A DNA stretch of 62,955 bases, filler included, from Basidiobolus ranarum (Eukaryota): assembly GCA_040143965.1 (NCBI GenBank). It is 20 parts of 20 records of this genome, joined end to end, with 100 filler letters (N's around TTAATTAATTAA, not from the genome) between each part and the next. Parts side by side here need not be neighbours in the genome. Positions count along the whole stretch, not along the records: positions 50,490 to 53,532 come from JASJQH010009645.1; positions 53,633 to 56,674 come from JASJQH010009646.1; positions 56,775 to 59,815 come from JASJQH010009647.1; positions 59,916 to 62,955 come from JASJQH010009648.1; 16 more parts are not named here. The stretch is one strand, 5' to 3'. The translations under genes were made by a program, and so were the position numbers. Below, one piece after another: positions 50,680-62,955 of the stretch; position 1 is the first letter of the stretch, and each line of letters begins with the position of its first letter. The notes under the pieces are model-generated. The model saw only the letters and a list, made by a program, of their open reading frames with translations. It was not told the origin of the DNA and ran no database searches.

Positions 50680-53290
50680 ATGGATGGTAGTATATTAGAA
50701 GTTGAAGAAGAAGATGACAGTTTTATTATGGACTCTTTGTTATCAGCAAACATTAGTCCACTCATAACACTTACAGTAAAGGAAGCAGCTTTGATTATTG
50801 TGGAGTGGAGAGTTCAATCCAATCTTAGCAACCAGGTGTTTATTTGTTTTCTAACACTTTTATCACAGTTGATTGGCAACTGTTGCTTGCCACAGACCTG
50901 GTACAAGTGGAAAACACTTGTCAATCATATGACTTATAATCCTTCAGTAATTAAACTGCCTTCATGTCCAAATGGTTGTTTGGCTTTCACCGGTGATCTG
51001 AAAAACCTGAAGTCATGTACTGTTTGCACACAATTGGCAATCACTGAATCAGGTAAATATCATTCATATTTGGCTTACATACCATTCCTTCCCTATCTTA
51101 GAGTTTTGATGATATCACCCAAATATAGATCATTGATCCATTACCAAAGTACTCACCAGAAAGCTGATGGAAGTACCAATATACTGGATGGATATCACTA
51201 CCAGAATCTAAAAAGTCAAGGTTTCTTTGAGAACACTTATGATCATGCATTTGCAATGGCTCTGGATGGGTTCTCATTAAACAAATATACCATTGGAAAG
51301 GCTTGCTGGCCAATAATTTTAATCAACTTAAATCTTCCTCCTTCTGAACATTATAAGAGTCATGATATTTAGATACTATCCAGCATATATGGACCTAAAT
51401 CACCAGTGCTTACAGATAGCTTCTTGGTGCCCTTGATTGAGGAATTTGAACAGTTATCTAATGGGGTTTAGATGGGTGAATATTGTATTAAAGCTAATTT
51501 CATTGTATCTATTGGTGACACTCCTGCCATCAGTAAACTTGGAGGTTTTTGTGGGCACAATGCACTATCTTGCTGTAGATGTTGTCAAATCAATGGAGTG
51601 TACTCTAACAGTCATATGCATTACTACTATCCAAATACCAAACTAAACTCCATGATTTTACCATCAAGAGCCTGGTCAGATTTCAACATGATCACTGATA
51701 TCAATTCACCAAATAGTCAGTCTAACATCAAACTTGGTATTAGCCATAAGCCTAAGATTATATTGCTAAAGGGGATCAGCTGGAGCCAGAGCTTCCCATT
51801 AGGCACCATGCACTTACTATTCAACAACATTCTGATACTACTTACTCAGCTATACAGTGGAAAATTCAATATAAATGAGCCATTCAAGATAAAATCAAAG
51901 TTTGAATCAGTTGGGAAAATGTTTGAAAACATCAAGATACCATCATATTTTACCATGACTCCCATCAATATCCACTCATCTAGGCATTTATTCAAATACA
52001 AAGACTGGAAGTATTGGATTTGTATATATTCAAGTGGAATTTTGAAAAGATTTCTGCCTGATAAGTATTGGCAACATTGGGAGTTGTTTGTGGATATTGT
52101 TAATATATTCTTATGGCATCAACTCACGTTGGCAGATCTCAGGCAGATACAGCAACTTTGCACAGATTTTGTAGTTGGATATGAAAAACTTTATTATAAG
52201 TTTGAAGAAGATAGACTGAATCTACACTGGTATTCAATACATTCCCTGCTGCATCTTTCACAATGCTTAGAGATTACAGGCCCTTGCTATACATTCTGGG
52301 AGTTCCCAATGGAGCACACCTGTAGTGAAATGATGCTCTGTATGAAATTGTCAGTATTACCATATCCTAATCTGATTAACAATGTATCAGCAAAATCAGT
52401 GATGGATGTAATGCAATGGATTAAGGAGAATCCAGAGTATATTAACCTGCCAACAAAGGGCTCTTTTCAATGTGCTCATGAGTTTTTGCATTGTTTGAGC
52501 ACAATAACAGCAACAAAGACCAATCCATGGACACAGAGTATGTATCTTTATAATTGGACTAATTTGCTTGTGTGATAATCTGACAGTATTTTTAGGAAAG
52601 CTGCAAGACACATTCTTGGTGAGATAGATGGAAGTACGCAGTATTATTGTTTTAGCCATGGGGTAATCTATTCAAGCAATGAAACATCTACTTGTTGCAG
52701 GACATTTGTTGACTGCAAGTTGGGGATATATTGGCTGAATTCTTTATGGAAATTTGCCAAAATCCAAGAGCTTATTCTGATTGTGAATGGTAACAAGAGT
52801 TAGCTATTTGCCAAGTGTCGGTACTATTCAAAATTTCAGATGTTAAGCAATTTTTCCACCATCAGTTTGCTGGTAAAGCATATTGATGTTGTTAAGTTAT
52901 ATCTAATCAGTCAAATATGTGCGTATGCAGAGACTAACACAACAAGCTTCTTGTATTTTTTTATTCTCAGTATGGCTGGAATACACAGCCTAAAATATCT
53001 AAATCAAGGCATGCATATTAATTTGAATTCCTACAGCAGTAAACCCAGTAGTTTGCCATTTGAAAATTATATTTTTGCAGAAATTGCTGGATATTGAATA
53101 ACACATGCCAAATTTGAGGATCAATATTTTAACATGTATGAATAGGGTTAAGATACCATCAAGAAACTGCCATCATACCATCAAAATCCCTGGCAGAATG
53201 CAAGCCAATGATATTGCAATGGTTCTCTGTCAGTTTTGCTATTTTGGAGGGTGGATCCAATCTGGATCAAATCAATTTTATTTTTGTTTG
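50680..53290 (+). pseudogene. CACTA/EnSpm (CMC, Tnp2/Transposase_21-like) transposase pseudogene
   Basis: One frame with scattered stops: CPNGC..C..C, LDGF...WPIILINLNLPPSE, GPKSP...DSFLVPLIEE, GDTPAISKLGGFCGHNALSCCRCC, MHLLF, HSLLHL...GP...WEFPME. Confidence 0.92.
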
Positions 53291-53632
53291 GGTAGGGTAA
53301 TTGAGATGACTTCTGGTACAATTTGATCACCTGGTTTATGATGAAGGTACCCCTATTTGTTTCAACTTATTGGGCACTTGACTAGGCAAAACTTTGGTTG
53401 AAGGGTCAACAGGAGTGCTATTTGTTGAAGTTTATTGTCTTTATCATATATGTTATCCCTATCTTTATACACCTAACTATTTCATATATCACATATTAGT
53501 TAGTCAACATTATTTAGTCAAATATCACTTAGNNNNNNNNNNNNNNNNNNNNNNNNNNNNNNNNNNNNNNNNNNNNTTAATTAATTAANNNNNNNNNNNN
53601 NNNNNNNNNNNNNNNNNNNNNNNNNNNNNNNN

Positions 53633-55990
53633 ACAGAAAAGCTATTATTAGATCTGTTTGATGTAAATTATAGGTATGGAGAGCTGACAATGCCAGGATT
53701 GATATAATGGAGCCAAACTGAGCTACTGGAGCAAATGTGTCAATAAAATTAACTTCTGCAGTCAGGGAACAATCTTTTGCAAATAATCCTGCTTAGTACC
53801 ATTCTGTATTTCCATCAGCTTGGTTTTGACTCTGTAGACCCATTTGCAACCCACTGGCTTTCTCCCTGATGGCAGAGGACTGTAAACCCACATTTTGTTA
53901 TCCTTAAGTGAAGAAAACTCCTTGGACATTGCTTTTTGCCATGATTTTGTTTCTGGAAGCTCCAAAACTTGAGCTAGAGTCTGTGGCTTGTCACAGAATG
54001 CTGCAAAAGCATAGATATCCTCATTGGAAATGTTCCACCAGTTCCCTGTCTCATTTGTCCTTTTAGATGATCCTCTAGGTCCTGAATCATCCTCTAATGT
54101 GAATGGTGCAGGAATTATGGTTGAATAGGGCTCAGATACAGCTGGAATTCCATCAGACACTTCCCACAAAGTGCTCATTGTGTTTTGTGGATAATGAACT
54201 CTGATTTGAGGTGAAGAGTTTGCTTTTCATCAAAAATCATATCTCTGCACTTAACTAACTTCTGATTTTTGGTATCAAACAGTGTGTAGGTTCTTTATCT
54301 ATCATAGTAACCAGAAAATATGTATTTTCTGCTTTTGGGCTCCAATTTAAAGCATTTAGGAGTTGGAATTAGGCAATATGCTGTTCAATCAAAGTTTCTG
54401 AGATGATCTACACTTGGTTTTGATCCATATGGAGCTTCCAACAGAGTTGTTTTTGTAGAAATCTAGTTGAGCATCTGTTTTTCATATAGACTGCAGTGGA
54501 GATATATATAGCCAAACGTTAGTATTCTGACTCTTGCTTGTACAGTATTGATCTTGCCATCTCCACTTTAGTTGTATTAGCTTATTCTGCCACTCAATTG
54601 TACTGTAGAGTAAATGGTATAATTGTTTGTTGCTTATTCCATGGTTAGAACAAAAACTAGCAAAGTCTTTGGAGCAGTATTCTCCACCAGTATCACCCCA
54701 TAGTACCCTTTTTTTTGTGCTGATTCTTTCTCTACCATTTCTTTATAGTGTTTGAACATAGTTAAGGCTTTATATTTTGATTTGAGAAAGAACACCCAAG
54801 TATATCTTGTTTTATCATCAATACGTTTGTAAAGTACCTTTACCTACCTAGTGAGATGTTTTTCTTGAACTCACATAGGTCAGAAAGAATCATGGCAAAG
54901 TTATGAGTGGATTGGCTCTCTCTAGAGCTTGAAACATGTTGTCTGTGAAGTTTTTCACATATGCAACCTTCACTCAGAGCCAGTTTAGTAATATTTACAA
55001 TTTTAAGCCTAAAATAAGCTGATTTTGGATCATTTGGGGTAGTTTTTGTTTGCCATTGAGGTCTAATCTTCTAGCCATGTTTGACAGCTTAATTCACCAG
55101 TTTTGGTTAAGTTTGCATGCTGAGTATGCATTTTGTAGATTTCTAGCTTCTATACATTGTGAGTTTTGATCCTGGTAACTAATTTGGTTTTGTTCGAATC
55201 TTTGATAGTACCTCCAGCCTTTCTGAACACAAAATTTAATCCCAGAGTTGTTGTTTGGCTTACTAAGAGTAGATTCTTGGCCACAATTGTTGCATAGAGT
55301 ACATCATCCATTTTTGCAGATGGTATAGCTAAATTTTGGTCTAAATTGAGCACAAATGTGTCCTTACCAACTGCATCTAGTGCATAGTCATAACATAATT
55401 ACACCTTCCTTGTTTGGATGGGTTTTATTCTTGAAAACTAAATTTTCCTGTCTAACATATGCTTGGAAGCTCCTGAATCAATGGACTTTGTTTCAGAGTC
55501 TTCTTTAGTAGTGACCAATGCAACAGACACAAATAGATGATCCCCAACAGTGCCTACCTGATTTGCTCTTTCTGATTTTAACTTTTTAGCAAAATATTTT
55601 TTTGCAATCTTTGAATAAAGGTTCTAGTCTCTTACAATACTTACGGATGATTGATTACTATTAGAGGCACCATTTTAGAAGCCTGTTGGACTTTCAACTC
55701 AACCTAAAAAAGCCTGGTCTACATTATTTTGCTGGGAGTTAGATCTGCTTGAATTCTTGTTCAAAAGTCTAGCACCAACATAATCCATTGTTAGTGGCTC
55801 TGATCTTGATTGTAGGCATTTGTGAGGTTTTCAATCTTGTTTAGCAGGCTCTCCAGTAGTGTCATAAGTAAGTCATTTTGATTTAGAGGTGCTCTAATGG
55901 ATGAGAGCTGATCTGCATAAATTTTATCCAATATTCATGATTAAGCATAGAAATATCAGAATTCATCTGAATAGAAAATGTTTCTGCCTA
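53633..55990 (-). mobile_element. Copia family A gag-PR-IN-RT remnant
   Basis: Homologous along its length to 30700-31509, 15825-16900 and 17373-18885. Contains LPSGRKPVGCKWVYRVK. Confidence 0.92.
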
Positions 55991-55995
55991 AGCTA

Positions 55996-56674
55996 TGTCA
56001 AAATTAGCTTTGCCTAAACACCTATATAGTCATATATAGCTTGGTGCTTAGTAATCTTATAATTCACTAAGCTATTTTCCATTATTTTCAATTGGAATTT
56101 ACTTAGAATATTTTTACCAACTTAGAAGTTCTCAGATATATAGATTTTTCAAACTGGTACTAGAAACCCCAAACTTTGCACACATGCTCCTGGGACCTTC
56201 CTTAAAAAACTCTACACATTTGCATGTTTATATCTTGAGAAAACTATAATTGTAACTCTCTATTCAATAAATCAATAAGTGAAAACCACCAATTCCTCCA
56301 ATTCTCCAAACCACTTCCAACAGGCTCCCAAATACTTTAACAGATTATGAGCCCTGAGCTTGCACTCTCTGTAAAGTCCACTTCTCAAATCTATGGAACT
56401 TTTCCCTCTTCTGAAAAATTGAATGGAAGCAATTATGATGTTTGGAAAATTAAAATGAAAATGCTGCTACAAAAAAAAATACCTTGGGACACTGTTGTAG
56501 GAGAAGAAAACAATGTAAAACATTCTGAAACCAAAATTTTTGTTTGTGGATTATGAAGAAATCCCACTTAGAAAGGTTTTCATGGAAGATGTCTCGACAT
56601 TGAAAGTTATTGGAATGGGAACAATTCAAGTCAATTTAACTGGAGCTTGTGAAGAGAGAGTATATACTTTTTAG
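55996..56674 (+). mobile_element. Copia family C 5' LTR (55996-56342), PBS and gag start, inserted into family A gag
   Basis: 347-bp LTR ending TTTAACA, PBS GATTATGAGCCC, then EKLNGSNYDVWKIKMKMLL. Confidence 0.9.
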
Positions 56675-56869
56675 NNNNNNNNNNNNNNNNNNNNNNNNNN
56701 NNNNNNNNNNNNNNNNNNTTAATTAATTAANNNNNNNNNNNNNNNNNNNNNNNNNNNNNNNNNNNNNNNNNNNNTGCAAGCCATCAATATTATCACAGTT
56801 CTCTGTTGGTTTTGCTATTTAGGCGGGTGGATTCAATCCGGATCAAATTGATTTTATTTTTGTTGGGGT

Positions 56870-57601
56870 ACAGGAGGTAGATTTGCAGGATAATTGAGTG
56901 GGACTGGATTCTGTACTTGAGCAATAGAAGCACAAAGTTCTTGATTGTCTTGCTGAAGCTGAGTAAGAGCTCACAAGATATCTTCCATTGTGGGGGCTTA
57001 GGTAGACATAATATGTACTATGTTGGGAGGGGGGAAGTTTTGAGAACCACAAGTTTCTCTTGGAAAAATAATCACAATGCAATGTCCAGCTTCCTGTTGA
57101 AGAAATGATTGGCACCTTGACAAAAGAATATGCTGGTAGCAATGTCATTTGATCTTGATCAAGTACTAAAGCTTATTTCATCAAAAACAACTGTAAACTC
57201 AACCAGCAGTGTCTTAACACAGATGCTTGTAGCGCAATTATCCAAATGTTGAAGGTACTTTTATCTTGGCAGGGAAGCTTGTGAAAGATTGGTAATAAGA
57301 GGGAAGCCAACATTGGGGGATTCCAAGGTTGGAGAACAGGGATGGAGAGAAGTCTACAGGCAAGTGTAAGTAGTCTGATCAAACCATCACAATAAGGAAC
57401 CGGACAAGGACTGAAGCAATGACAAGAGGCTACAAGTGAGGAGAGTACTTAGGTGTAGACCACAAGATAAGACAAGACAAGACTGGACAGGGAAGATACT
57501 TTGGCAAGAATATTTATTGATAACAAGTCTTGATCAGACCTCATTCTGATAAAGAAATACATGGAGCTTATATAGATATTGTGGGGTGAAACATACTATA
57601 C
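56870..57601 (-). mobile_element. Gypsy-type element: 3' half of 5' LTR (57385-57601), self-priming PBS (57373-57382) and decayed internal region
   Basis: LTR homologous to 40301-40520. The PBS is complementary to an LTR segment downstream of the TATA box. Confidence 0.7.
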
Positions 57602-59530
57602 TGTTGGATAATTAAATGTTATTCAACATCATAGTTAACTTTGGTTATGATACATATATCAGAAACAGAAAGCAATGTATTGATAGCCCCTATATTCTAA
57701 AGAGGAATATTGCTATATCTATATAACAAGTATGTCTTATTACCCCTGCTTATCTATTATATCTTATTACACAAACTCCTGAATATCTCAGACAACTGAT
57801 TTACTTTTCTACTCTATTAGTCACCATTTACCCTTAAGTATAAAGAAAGTAAACACACTATCATAAGTTGCTTCTAAAATACAAAGTCTACCCCATTATG
57901 TCAAGATCCTCCAACATGGTAGCAACAAGTGAATTAGACTGTTATTCCCAAAAGTAGATTACTAATATTCCAACGTTCAATGGGGAAAATTTCCATGAAT
58001 GGAAATTCAAGATGCAACTGGTGCTTGAAGGGAAAAATATCTGGGAAGTAGTTCAACCAGATGAAGAAGAAGAAACTTCTGAAGAATAAAGTACAGCTTC
58101 TGACACTGAAACAAAGAAGCCAACACATAAAGAAGCCAGGGCTGCCTTCAAAGAAAAAGATAGATTTGCATTTAGGGAAATATGTCCAAGACTGGGTTCA
58201 CAACAACTTAAGCTAGTCAGATAGGCTGACTCTGCCAAGAATGCATGGGAAATCCTAGTGGAACATCATGAGCAAAAGGGCTTGCTCACTTGATGATGCT
58301 ACAGAGAAAACTCTTCAACTGTAGTATGTCTGAGGATTCCAATATTATGACATATGCAAATGGTGTCAAGAAACTTGCCCAACAATGGGAATCAGTCAAT
58401 TAAGAAGTACCTGAAATGGATATAATTCTTACCATAATCAATGGTCTCCCTACATCATATTCAGCCCTTGTACTCACTTTGGAAGCAATTTGGGATAAGA
58501 TTACACAGCATTATCTGATCTCTGGTCTATTACAAGAAGAATTTAAAAGGAAAGACAAAAGTCAGCCTGCATATGAAAGAAAAACTACACAATCATTTTA
58601 TTCTCAAAATTAGCCAACCAGAAAGGGGCACTGTGAAATGTTACAAATGTGGAAAGCTGGGACATATAGCATGTTACTGCAGATCAATGAAGAAATGGGT
58701 TTCAAAGAAAAAGGAAGCATATAACACTACTAAAAGAGGAAATGAACACTCTATACTTATGGCAACCTCTGAATCAAAAAAGACTCTGCTGATGAATGGA
58801 TTTCAGATTCTGGTGCAAATGATCATATATGTCACTATATAAACATAATGTGTGACTATAAGCAAATAGAATCTCTGAACCTCACGGCAGCTGCAAGAAA
58901 CAAACTGGTAGCATATGGAATGGGAAAGGTTACACTTGACTTACAAATAAGTAAAACCTAAAGTGTACCAGTAACCTGGGAAGATGTCTTATATTTACAA
59001 TCATCTACAACAAATCTGTTTTCAATTGGAGCAAATGAATAGAAACATTATGATGTCAAATTCAGCCAAGGAAAAGCAACTATATACAAATCAAAGGACT
59101 TGATAGTAGCAACTGGAACAAGAATTGGGAATCTATATCACCTGGATATTGCACCAATAACTGAGACTGATTCTAACTTTGCAACAATTCCTTCTGGAAA
59201 CTTGATGACTTGGCATCAGTGCTTTGGTCATCTAAACTGTAATAGTGTGAAACTATTATATAAAAATAGCCTATGTACTGGAATGGATCTTAAGCCTTCA
59301 GATATTACTAAATGCAAAAGCTGTATTCAAGGGAAAATCACCAGAAAACCATTTCCAAAAGAAGGAGCTAGCAAAGCCAAAGATTTATTGGATCTTATTT
59401 GTACAGACTTATGTGGCCCAATGCAAGCTCTGACACCAAGTAAGTGACAATATTTACTCATATTTATTGATGATAAATCTCACTTCACAGTTTCATATCT
59501 TCTGTTGAGCAAAGGAGAAGTGTTTCAAAG
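57602..59530 (+). mobile_element. Copia family B 5' LTR (57602-57916), PBS TGGTAGCA, gag-PR-IN start
   Basis: 315-bp LTR with TGTTGGA/TCCAACA ends. CYKCGKLGHIACYC knuckle, WISDSGANDH protease, WHQCFGHLN...CKSCIQGK and TDLCGPM. Confidence 0.93.
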
Positions 59531-62500
59531 TGGATACTGATAATTTGGAATCAGCTTATGGAAATCAGCATATTATCTCTGCCAATGAAAAATATGGTAA
59601 TCAAAAAAGGATATTTTTCCAGCTAATCAGGAATCAGGAAATTGGGTCAGAAACAAGGCAATAATTTTCTGACCAATCACATACCTAAGAAATATCCTAC
59701 TCTCAATTTGGCTGATATTGGATTCAATCAATTATTGGAAGTATGCAATCAATCACAACAAGCATTCAATCAATCACAAAATTCAGGCAATCAGGTCTCA
59801 GAAATCCTACCGAGTNNNNNNNNNNNNNNNNNNNNNNNNNNNNNNNNNNNNNNNNNNNNTTAATTAATTAANNNNNNNNNNNNNNNNNNNNNNNNNNNNN
59901 NNNNNNNNNNNNNNNACGTCGGTTGGATTATATAGCTTTATGTTGTCCCGCAAATTAGTCTAGTCAACCATTAACTTTGATCCGATGATAGACTTGGATT
60001 GGCAGGTAGAAAAGCACAACTTTGTCTGGTGTCCCACAAGGTATGCTGTCTATGGAGTACGAAATCCGAGTTTTCAAGTTGTTGCGAGTGTTCGTGGGGA
60101 AAACTAAACTTGTGACCTGATGAGCTCAGTATTGTCAAAAACGATAAACATACGATTTGGCTGTGAGATTTTTCTGAGATAATCATTGGCTGGAATCTAA
60201 GGCGATTAGCAAATCCTCATGACTAAGTCACTGATTACAGCAGCTTCTTGAAATTCATGTGGTGAAATGAATCAATATATGATGATGATTAACTTATTAC
60301 TATGGTGTATTTCCGTTTGGTGAGTGCCGTAGCACATCATTCTCACAGTTGTAATCTGTATATATATCACGCAGAATGATCCTGGGAAATCCCAAGAAAC
60401 GGATGGGCCAACCCGGAGACACCAATATGCCTTGCTGATATGTTTCGGAAATGATGTATTCAGCATGCAGACTACATACATTATGTATATGCTGGAAATA
60501 CTTCGGCAGGTGTGAATTACGAAAGGAGGATGTGAATAACCGTTTAATTATTGGCAAACGTGTGGATCTGACAAGGTTTACAGGATTCGTCTAATGTATA
60601 CCTAGTTGGTAAATAAAAAGCTAGTGTCGTGAGAATGTGTTAAAACGATTCAAGCTATCGTTCAACAACTAGACCTCTCACCTTTTCTATTGAGTAGTAC
60701 AAATCACGTGTGAGATGCCGTAATCAATCTAGGGTTTCGGTCACGCTTTTATTTTCATCAGTAGTTGACCATAATGGAAGTACGTAGTAATACCATCACG
60801 AAATATGGACATGTACCTTGAAGTATGATAACGTTCATGTAATTGATTGTATTGTCTTTGATCCCCTTATTTGATAAGCCATATATTATTTGTTTAGAAG
60901 TGGCGGATATTCATCGATCTCATTGAACATTCATATCAAAATGCTGAAATCGATCTCCATATTTTCTAGATGAGATACTCTACTTGCTAATCTAGCGATA
61001 CGCCTAGTATCTTCAAAAGATGTCATTTTATTGGTGCCAAGACTACTTTCTTTAGTCATCGCTTCTTGGTGAATTAATGTTTTCAATCATCTTATTTACA
61101 CCATTTTTTATTTCCTCATACATCTCCTGTGCTGCGTTGTTTGAAAGAATTTAGGATTATCGTTTAGCATTGCAGCTGCTGCATTATTATGACAATTCTC
61201 GAAATATCGGAGCAGAATTGCCAAGTATTGAGAAATACACCATTTCAACAAACGTGTGTATCAGACGAAGCGTCCATATGCAGTCTCAATTGTCCGTTTG
61301 AAACACTCCGAGTAGCAAGTATGCATTTGTTGTAATTGTAACAACTTAGGTGGTACGATTCGGAGAAAAGGTGGTATATATCTGATTGGAATTGGCGCAA
61401 CTTCCAATTTTATTCTGATGTACGACTGTGTTCTGTAGGCATACAGATCGTAAGATATCATATTTAAATCTTAGAACAAATTTTCACAAGCTACAAACCT
61501 ACAATATATGATGAATATTGACTGTATACCCAGCCTCACCAGAACATATTATATTCCTGACTGTCTATAACTTGTCCATTTTTTTATATAAATTTATAAA
61601 CTCAGTACAAGATTCGTATATCTCGGGTACAGGCAAATCGGAGTGGTTTTTACGGTAGTAAGTAGAGTGAGGAGACGAGTATTTGGCTAAGTTCTTGCGT
61701 TATATGGTTAGAGAAGCATTCAGACTTTCAGGGGTAAGGAACAGTTCTAAATGGAGCATATGCCAATTGGATGTTGACAAACTGCCCGATTCTCGAATTG
61801 TATACCATCGCATGCCAGTAATTGCTATGTGCTTACTGCACACCGTACACTATTAACTTGTAGATTTAGTGAGAACAGTCGATATATGCGCAATGCTTTG
61901 ATGTAGTATTATGAAAGTTTGGCACAATACCTAATTATACTAAGACTGCCTAGAAAATCATTTTGAACCAATAATATAATCAAAGCGTGTCCACACGTTG
62001 TGGGTGCTACAACACAACAGTCCAAGTTGTATCGTTCGAAAGTAATAATAAACAACGCGATGTAAACCATGGTATACGACGGCTCTGTATACCCACTAAA
62101 TCTGTAGCATATAACAAAGAGAAAATCATGTTTCTGTGATATTAACTCGTCACATTAAATATAAACGCCCCATGTATTATATAAAATATTACAAAATGAA
62201 GAGTTACAAAAACAATATACTAGTGATTCACTTCAATGACATAAGCTGACTATTCTATATCTAACACTTTTCCAATCCAATATCGTTCAGTATTGCTCCC
62301 ATATCCGCTCAGGGGACACAGTTGTCCTGTAACGAGTAACTTCGTGACCTTAAGTTCACCTCTCAGCAGCATATCATCATATTTACATGTTTAGGGGTTT
62401 TGTCTCAAAAATCTAAGGAAGGTATACTTTGTGCCTCAGCTAAATGGGTGCATCTTCTTTTTGGCTGTTACTCAAATCGCTTAGGGTTAGGACCCTAAGG

Positions 62501-62881
62501 CTAAGCGTAACCCAGATATCATCTCTTGATGTAATATCATTTAACCAAAAATGATAATCGAATATAATAATGGTATGTAAAACGTCTTCAAAAAAGAGAC
62601 AATGCCTAGCAGAATTAGCAACAATAGACTCTTTGTTTACATACTGTATAAAATTAAAGGAAGCTGATGACAGATGATTGTGATTGCATTTCAGATATTG
62701 AAGTGTGAGATTATATTTGCTAATGTCGCAACAGTACTGAACAATAATCCTCGAAATTAAATTAGTTATACTTGGTTTATTAACATCTTGCTTAATACTT
62801 TCCTCAAAATCAATTACGGTGGCCACTTTTCTTAGAGAGTTCACAAAATTAGTGTAAGTAATATTTTAGACTTCGTGTGAT

Positions 62882-62955
62882 TTACCAGATATTGATTCTG
62901 TCAGCTTCTTTACGGTACATCTTATCTCCTTCCTTAACACCAAAGGCATCGTAGA
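62882..62955 (-). CDS. Extreme C-terminus of an M13-family (PepO/neprilysin-like) metallopeptidase, partial
   Basis: Reads (F)YDAFGVKEGDKMYRKEADRINIW*, matching the terminal FYxAFxVKxGDxMYxxxxxRxxIW motif of bacterial-type M13 peptidases. Only 23 codons are visible. Confidence 0.7.
   Translation of the reverse strand, partial: YDAFGVKEGDKMYRKEADRINIW

Noticed and set aside
3070-59915. Regularly spaced TTAATTAATTAA repeat, and ORFs ending in XXXX-LIN or XXXX-N
   Set aside because: Linker artefact with stop codons in six frames.
62440-62844. 134-aa minus-strand ORF
   Set aside because: GTG start, no motifs, and it lies in the presumed 3' flank of the M13 gene. Probably spurious.
1-62955. Any gene-cluster or synteny reading across the window (e.g. 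pPolB with CMC transposase, or HELLS with TEs)
   Set aside because: Contigs are size-sorted and joined by artificial spacers, so adjacency across spacers has no biological meaning.

Overview
This window is not one locus. It is 20 unlinked contigs of about 3.04-3.07 kb, sorted by decreasing length and joined by artificial 100-bp spacers (44 N + TTAATTAATTAA + 44 N). The source is a repeat-rich, intron-rich eukaryote. The proteins look fungal, probably from an early-diverging lineage (a Basidiobolus-like zygomycete is a guess). About two-thirds of the contigs are nested, decayed transposon debris: three Ty1/copia families, a Ty3/gypsy-type LTR with a Tf1-like self-priming site, a CACTA/CMC DNA transposon with CCC-ended TIRs, and a probable LINE relic. 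These contigs are strongly CpG-depleted. Host genes are a complete 9-exon Nit2/omega-amidase and partial genes for a HELLS/DDM1 remodeler, an UNC-93-like transporter, PABP, a 7TM GPCR, a secreted S/T-rich protein, a coiled-coil protein and a bacterial-style M13 peptidase C-terminus. The standout is contig 12 (34763-37811). It carries an AT-rich, intronless, decaying protein-primed family B DNA polymerase gene of the polinton/adenovirus/linear-plasmid type, joined to a copia gag fragment. This is probably an endogenized dsDNA virus-like element.
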